In this document: in pieces, positions 59,773 through 64,000 of the stretch
Position numbering within the stretch: the stretch's first letter is position 1
Layout: each line of letters starts with the position of its first letter
DNA from: an uncultured Pseudomonadales bacterium
GTDB taxonomy: Bacteria; Patescibacteriota; Microgenomatia; UBA1400; RBG-16-45-19
DNA length: 64,000 nucleotides
Direction of reading: 5' to 3'
NCBI GenBank assembly: GCA_964441155.1
Contig: CAYYKL010000001.1
Coordinates: forward strand, 88,393 to 152,392
Program-made: the position numbers and the translations under genes
The notes under the pieces: model-generated
Seen by the model: the letters and a program-made list of their open reading frames with translations, nothing else
Told to the model about the DNA's origin: nothing
The model's database searches: none

Positions 59773-61221
59773 TCATTTTTGAAACCAGAACACTTTCCAT
59801 TGAGTTCTGTCTACAGGAAATGCAGCCTTTAGTGAAACCTGTTCAAAAAAATTCATTGCAACTGAATTATCATTTCTTAAGTCAAGCTCATCTCCAGTCG
59901 TTACAACATACAAACGGCTTGATGTGTCGTATTCAGACGCTTGCTTTAGTCCTATGCCATGCATGCCTAAAACATGGCGATACAATTCACCCATGGGGGC
60001 TTTGTCTGGAGAAACATGGACTGCGATATTGACATCGATTGTTGGATCAGTGTCTTGAATGTCTCGAATTATTTTTACTACTCCATCTACGACAGCAGGG
60101 CTAGGATGCACCCGAGTTTGAAACATTAATTCAGGAAGCTTGCTAACTGATGTAATCGACATAAATGAAATAATCACAAGAACCATAGACTGACTGAATC
60201 TATTAGTTCGTTTGGCAATCAACCACATGAAAAAAAACGGTAAAGCAGGCAAAAAATAGCGAGTAGCTATATTGTCAATAAAAACCATCATGCTTAGCTG
60301 AGCTAGGACAGGTGCGAACCATTTCAATGCTCTACGGTTGTATTTAAGGTCGAAAATTATCAGCATTGATACGAACAATACAAAAAGAAAACTTAATCTA
60401 GTGTTGGAGACTAAGTACGAAAAGGTTTCGTAAGTAACAGCAAGAAATCTTGTGAACAAGTGATCCAATTCTCCACTGACAACATTTGGAGCATCACCTG
60501 AAACGAAATATTTTCCAAAGAATAATCCAGGTGGATGTCGTAAATCAAACAGGACAAACGGTGATAATGCGATAGCTAAACCGAGGATTATAGCCATGAG
60601 ACTAATTAATTGCTGTTTCTTATTTTTCTTTGAAAAGATCACACTGACACACTCAACAACGAAAAAAGCCACAATAGCAACAATGGCTATATAGTGATGA
60701 TGCACCGATAAACCCAAGGATATGCCCGCAAAAAACTTAAACAGTGGTTTTTGTTTTAAAAGCAAAAGAAGAGCAGCGAAAATCCAAAGCGGCATGAAGT
60801 GAGGGTTCCATGCCCACCGCCCAGTTTCAACAAGCGGATACCAAACAATAGCTAAGAGACCGACTGGGATCACCAAGGATTTGTTTGTTTTATACGTTAT
60901 GAAAATAATAATTAATGAAGTAATCACACTCCAAAATGCTGTCCCCACTGCTGGACTGGCAGCGGAATAATTAAGTGCCATAACAAAAGGAAGCTGCAAG
61001 TAATAGGTAAGTGATCCAAAAACTTTTGTGTTGTCGTTGGAAATAGGGCCAATCAAGGTGAGTTTAAAATTATGTCCCAGTTGATAGAGACGTGCTAAAT
61101 CCGATGCCTCATCATTGGTAAATCGAGCGGTTTCAGCTAAATTAAAAAATCGAGTGAACAACAAAGCTATAAAAAGGAGAGCAAATATAATGAGGTGCAG
61201 CGACAGTTTTTTTATTATCAT
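59773..61221 (-). CDS. GT-C fold glycosyltransferase (ArnT/PMT_2-like)
   Basis: RFFNL..FTNDEASD, LIGP..FGSLTYY, RWAWNPH, RYFLP. Confidence 0.82.
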   Translation of the reverse strand: MIIKKLSLHLIIFALLFIALLFTRFFNLAETARFTNDEASDLARLYQLGHNFKLTLIGPISNDNTKVFGSLTYYLQLPFVMALNYSAASPAVGTAFWSVITSLIIIFITYKTNKSLVIPVGLLAIVWYPLVETGRWAWNPHFMPLWIFAALLLLLKQKPLFKFFAGISLGLSVHHHYIAIVAIVAFFVVECVSVIFSKKNKKQQLISLMAIILGLAIALSPFVLFDLRHPPGLFFGKYFVSGDAPNVVSGELDHLFTRFLAVTYETFSYLVSNTRLSFLFVLFVSMLIIFDLKYNRRALKWFAPVLAQLSMMVFIDNIATRYFLPALPFFFMWLIAKRTNRFSQSMVLVIISFMSITSVSKLPELMFQTRVHPSPAVVDGVVKIIRDIQDTDPTIDVNIAVHVSPDKAPMGELYRHVLGMHGIGLKQASEYDTSSRLYVVTTGDELDLRNDNSVAMNFFEQVSLKAAFPVDRTQWKVFWFQK

Positions 61222-61267
61222 GCTATTTATAATTCTCTTGTAAATTGATTTTTAACGCACATATTCT

Positions 61268-63184
61268 TTATTTTCTTTTATAAATGATTGCATCACCTGA
61301 ACTGGTTACAACCTCAAAATATTCAGCGAAGTTATTACTATTTTCTTCTTGAGTAAATTTTTCAGGAATGTATAAATACATTATATGGTGAATTTTCATT
61401 AATTCATCAATCTCCTTAGCAGACATATTAACATCGAATGATTTTTCAACTATATTCTTTGCATTTACGCTATATATCTGGAGTAAGTCAGCTTGAGTTT
61501 GGTTACAATAGAAGCATGGTTTCCCACTCAGTGCAGGAATGATAGCCTTGTCCTCGTAAGGTGCTAATACCGATCCTGGATCTTGTTGCTTTAATTGCTC
61601 TAAAACGAGTAAGTTGGATTTGGATATAGCATATGCATTGGTCGTCCTCGATGAAATTTGATTTGCAATGGTGAAGATTGATGTGGGGAAAGCAAGGAAA
61701 CCAACTATTAACGCTAAAAGCACTTCCCGCCTCCCAATTTGAGTAAAAGCCACAATCACAAGCGGAGTTAAAAGCACATACGCATAATAACCAAATTGAA
61801 TGGTATTCCACTCGACACCAGACTGAGAGAAGAGTAGCGGAAAAAGTAGTGCGGCTAGAATCAAAACAATAAACTGATTTTTTTCAGGATTATTAATCCT
61901 ATGAAGACCATAAAATCCAATCAACCGACTTCCCATATTGCCGAGTATAAAGACAATTATTCCTGCAGCCCACAGAGCCGTTAGCCCGAGGTAATTGGAT
62001 TGTGCTTCGTAGCTTAGTCGCCTTAACTCCCAGCGTGGCAGATTAATGCGATCAGAGGCTTCAAACATAGTTTTTACAAACCATCCAGGATTCCACTCTA
62101 GCCCCGCCGATTGAGGCGACCCCAAAGTGGAACGAGCGACAACAAGAAATGATGCGATGCATACAAACAAAAATATCATCGCGAACATGATTAATCGTTT
62201 TGTTAGAAGCCATGCACCCATGTAAACTCCACCCAGAAGAAGTAACACACCGCCATAAGCTTTAATTCCCAAATGACTTCCAATCATGAACCCAATAAGT
62301 GCAACATTTAGCCTCTCAGGCTTTCGATAAACCAAAATACTTAAGTTCAGTGTTAATATGAAAAGTGAAAATGACACTCCAAGTGGCAAGTTCACCCAGG
62401 TAGATATGTTTTGATGCATCCAAAATGCACTCTCATTTACTGATTGTTGAAGGCCAATTAGTGGCAATATATATGCCAAGCTCCCTCCACCAATCAACAG
62501 CATTCCCGAGAAAATTTCTAACAAGAACTTTTTCTTCTGATTCAGCACATATTTTGACGGCAAGAGTGAAAAAGATAATTTTTTAATCCCATACAATGCC
62601 AATAACCCGAATAGAAATGGATATACCCTAAATACTAAGTCCTGGGATTTAATTCCAAATAGTCTCACGAACTCAGAACCGGATAAATCGACTAAATAGT
62701 GATAGCCTTCAAGACTGAATTGTGCAAATGTAGGCATTACTCTGTCTGAAGCTGATGCTAATGTTTCCATTAAGGCCATATGCCACACACCATCATGGGC
62801 GTTGACCCCATGAAAAATCATTTCTCCGTCTTTTATCCAGCCGGATAAAAACACCGGCATAGTCCAAATAAAAGCAAACATAAGCTTGAGTAATAATCGA
62901 GCTAGCACCGATCTACTGAATAGCATCAGAATCGAACCTAAACTCATGCTTCGAGCCGAAATTATGCCAATGATAAATATCGCAAAATTAATCAGGGTAT
63001 TTAAGGTATGGCTTGGGGATACAAACAATAATAAAACCCAAATCACATATCCCACTCCGAAGCCATAAAATAATTGCTCACTAGGACTATTGGTAATGTG
63101 CCGCGTAAAAAATTTTCCAAATAATGCCAGTGTCAGGAACCAAAAAAATACCTGAAATAACGGTGCAATAAATTGAATAAACAT
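61268..63184 (-). CDS. Large polytopic membrane protein, probable GT-C
   Basis: NAHDGVWHMAL loop, GYHYLVD, GIKAYGG, WNTIQF; many TM helices. Confidence 0.65.
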   Translation of the reverse strand: MFIQFIAPLFQVFFWFLTLALFGKFFTRHITNSPSEQLFYGFGVGYVIWVLLLFVSPSHTLNTLINFAIFIIGIISARSMSLGSILMLFSRSVLARLLLKLMFAFIWTMPVFLSGWIKDGEMIFHGVNAHDGVWHMALMETLASASDRVMPTFAQFSLEGYHYLVDLSGSEFVRLFGIKSQDLVFRVYPFLFGLLALYGIKKLSFSLLPSKYVLNQKKKFLLEIFSGMLLIGGGSLAYILPLIGLQQSVNESAFWMHQNISTWVNLPLGVSFSLFILTLNLSILVYRKPERLNVALIGFMIGSHLGIKAYGGVLLLLGGVYMGAWLLTKRLIMFAMIFLFVCIASFLVVARSTLGSPQSAGLEWNPGWFVKTMFEASDRINLPRWELRRLSYEAQSNYLGLTALWAAGIIVFILGNMGSRLIGFYGLHRINNPEKNQFIVLILAALLFPLLFSQSGVEWNTIQFGYYAYVLLTPLVIVAFTQIGRREVLLALIVGFLAFPTSIFTIANQISSRTTNAYAISKSNLLVLEQLKQQDPGSVLAPYEDKAIIPALSGKPCFYCNQTQADLLQIYSVNAKNIVEKSFDVNMSAKEIDELMKIHHIMYLYIPEKFTQEENSNNFAEYFEVVTSSGDAIIYKRK

Positions 63185-63251
63185 GTGTAATTCTCGCTTG
63201 CGATATTAAGTGACAAAATAAACGAGTGTAATTATGAGTATACTTTAAGTT

Positions 63252-64000
63252 ATGCGCGCACTACATTGGTCACTTGTATCGACTTTATTTTGTTTCATAT
63301 TATTGCTTCCTGACGCAGCCGGAGCAAAAAATACACCCATCGCAACACAAAACTATCCAAAATACATTTTATTTGTTAATCAAGTGCGCGGTGAAGAATG
63401 CTGTGATCCCGGCAATATCGACTCACTTAATCAACAACTTGAAGTTTTTGCAGCACACAAGCTATCTGCTACTTTTGCCCTTCGCTATGATGCCTTGAAC
63501 CAAAAATTTGTAAATCCAATAGTAGACTCGAAACAAAATCATGAAGTTGCTGCATTTTTGGAAATCACCCCTTCTCTCGCTATGGATGCCGGTGTCGCCT
63601 ATTACGGCAACGCTGATAGTTGGTATAGAGCAAAGCATAGTTATCTAGTCGGATACACGCCAGAGGATAGAATCAAACTGATTGATGCTTATATGTCTCG
63701 ATTCAAGTCTTTGCTCGATTCTTATCCCAAAACCACTGTTGCGTGGATGATTGATCCCGTGTCTTTAGCCTACTTGTCTGAAACATATGGGGTAACCGCA
63801 CATGAGATTACTCGAGAACAATGGGGTACTGATAGTTACACGCTCCATGGTGGACCGCCCCATTATCCTTATTTCCCCTCACCAAATTGGACCCTTGTCC
63901 CGAGTGACCAAGCAAATAGCATGCCTCTAATTTTTCGCCAAACGGTTAGTGATCCCTTAAAAAATTATGGTGATTTCACTTCGGCTTTCACCAGTCAGCC
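63252..64000 (+). CDS. Exported protein, partial (polysaccharide deacetylase/DUF3863-like fold, tentative)
   Basis: Not in track (no stop in window). MRALHWSLVSTLFCFILLLPDAAGA signal peptide, then ATFALRYDAL, FLEITP, GYTPEDRIKLID, YPKTTVAWMID, EQWGTDSY..GGPPHYPYFPS; TATACT 7 nt upstream. Confidence 0.75.
   Translation, partial: MRALHWSLVSTLFCFILLLPDAAGAKNTPIATQNYPKYILFVNQVRGEECCDPGNIDSLNQQLEVFAAHKLSATFALRYDALNQKFVNPIVDSKQNHEVAAFLEITPSLAMDAGVAYYGNADSWYRAKHSYLVGYTPEDRIKLIDAYMSRFKSLLDSYPKTTVAWMIDPVSLAYLSETYGVTAHEITREQWGTDSYTLHGGPPHYPYFPSPNWTLVPSDQANSMPLIFRQTVSDPLKNYGDFTSAFTSQ

Noticed and set aside
1-64000. Alternative genetic code (TGA=Gly), prophage, IS or DGR
   Set aside because: Long ORFs are intact under code 11 with TGA stops in ATGA overlaps; no integrase, transposase, reverse transcriptase or phage genes recognised

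Overview
A 64-kb, almost fully coding cell-surface glycosylation super-locus read in genetic code 11 (TGA is a stop, with many ATGA overlaps). The gene content resembles Patescibacteria/CPR (Microgenomates-like) genomes; that taxonomy is inference. Left (0-12 kb): GT2, Wzx-like flippase, GT4, GT2, five polytopic GT-C-type glycosyltransferases and a short nucleotide-sugar dehydrogenase. Centre (12-43 kb): UDP-GlcA decarboxylase, UDP-GlcA epimerase, an MNT-HEPN toxin-antitoxin pair, two GDP-fucose-synthase-like SDRs, Wzm/Wzt, a split transketolase, six SAM methyltransferases, GT10 and GT11 fucosyltransferases, an AsnB-like amidotransferase, an acetyltransferase, a Trm112 micro-protein and many GT2/GT4 genes. 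Right (43-64 kb): eleven more GT-C-like genes. The most unexpected signals are: (i) a mirror-symmetric four-gene cassette at 54974-59737, where each of two sister GT-C genes is head-to-head with a small membrane-anchored protein of an unrecognised FWE[FW]RD family; (ii) 7-bp DNA repeat arrays, one palindromic, inside GT4 genes; (iii) -10 boxes 5-9 nt before many ATGs, suggesting leaderless transcription. I saw no rRNA, tRNA, CRISPR array or transposase. All family calls come from motif recognition by eye; no searches were run.
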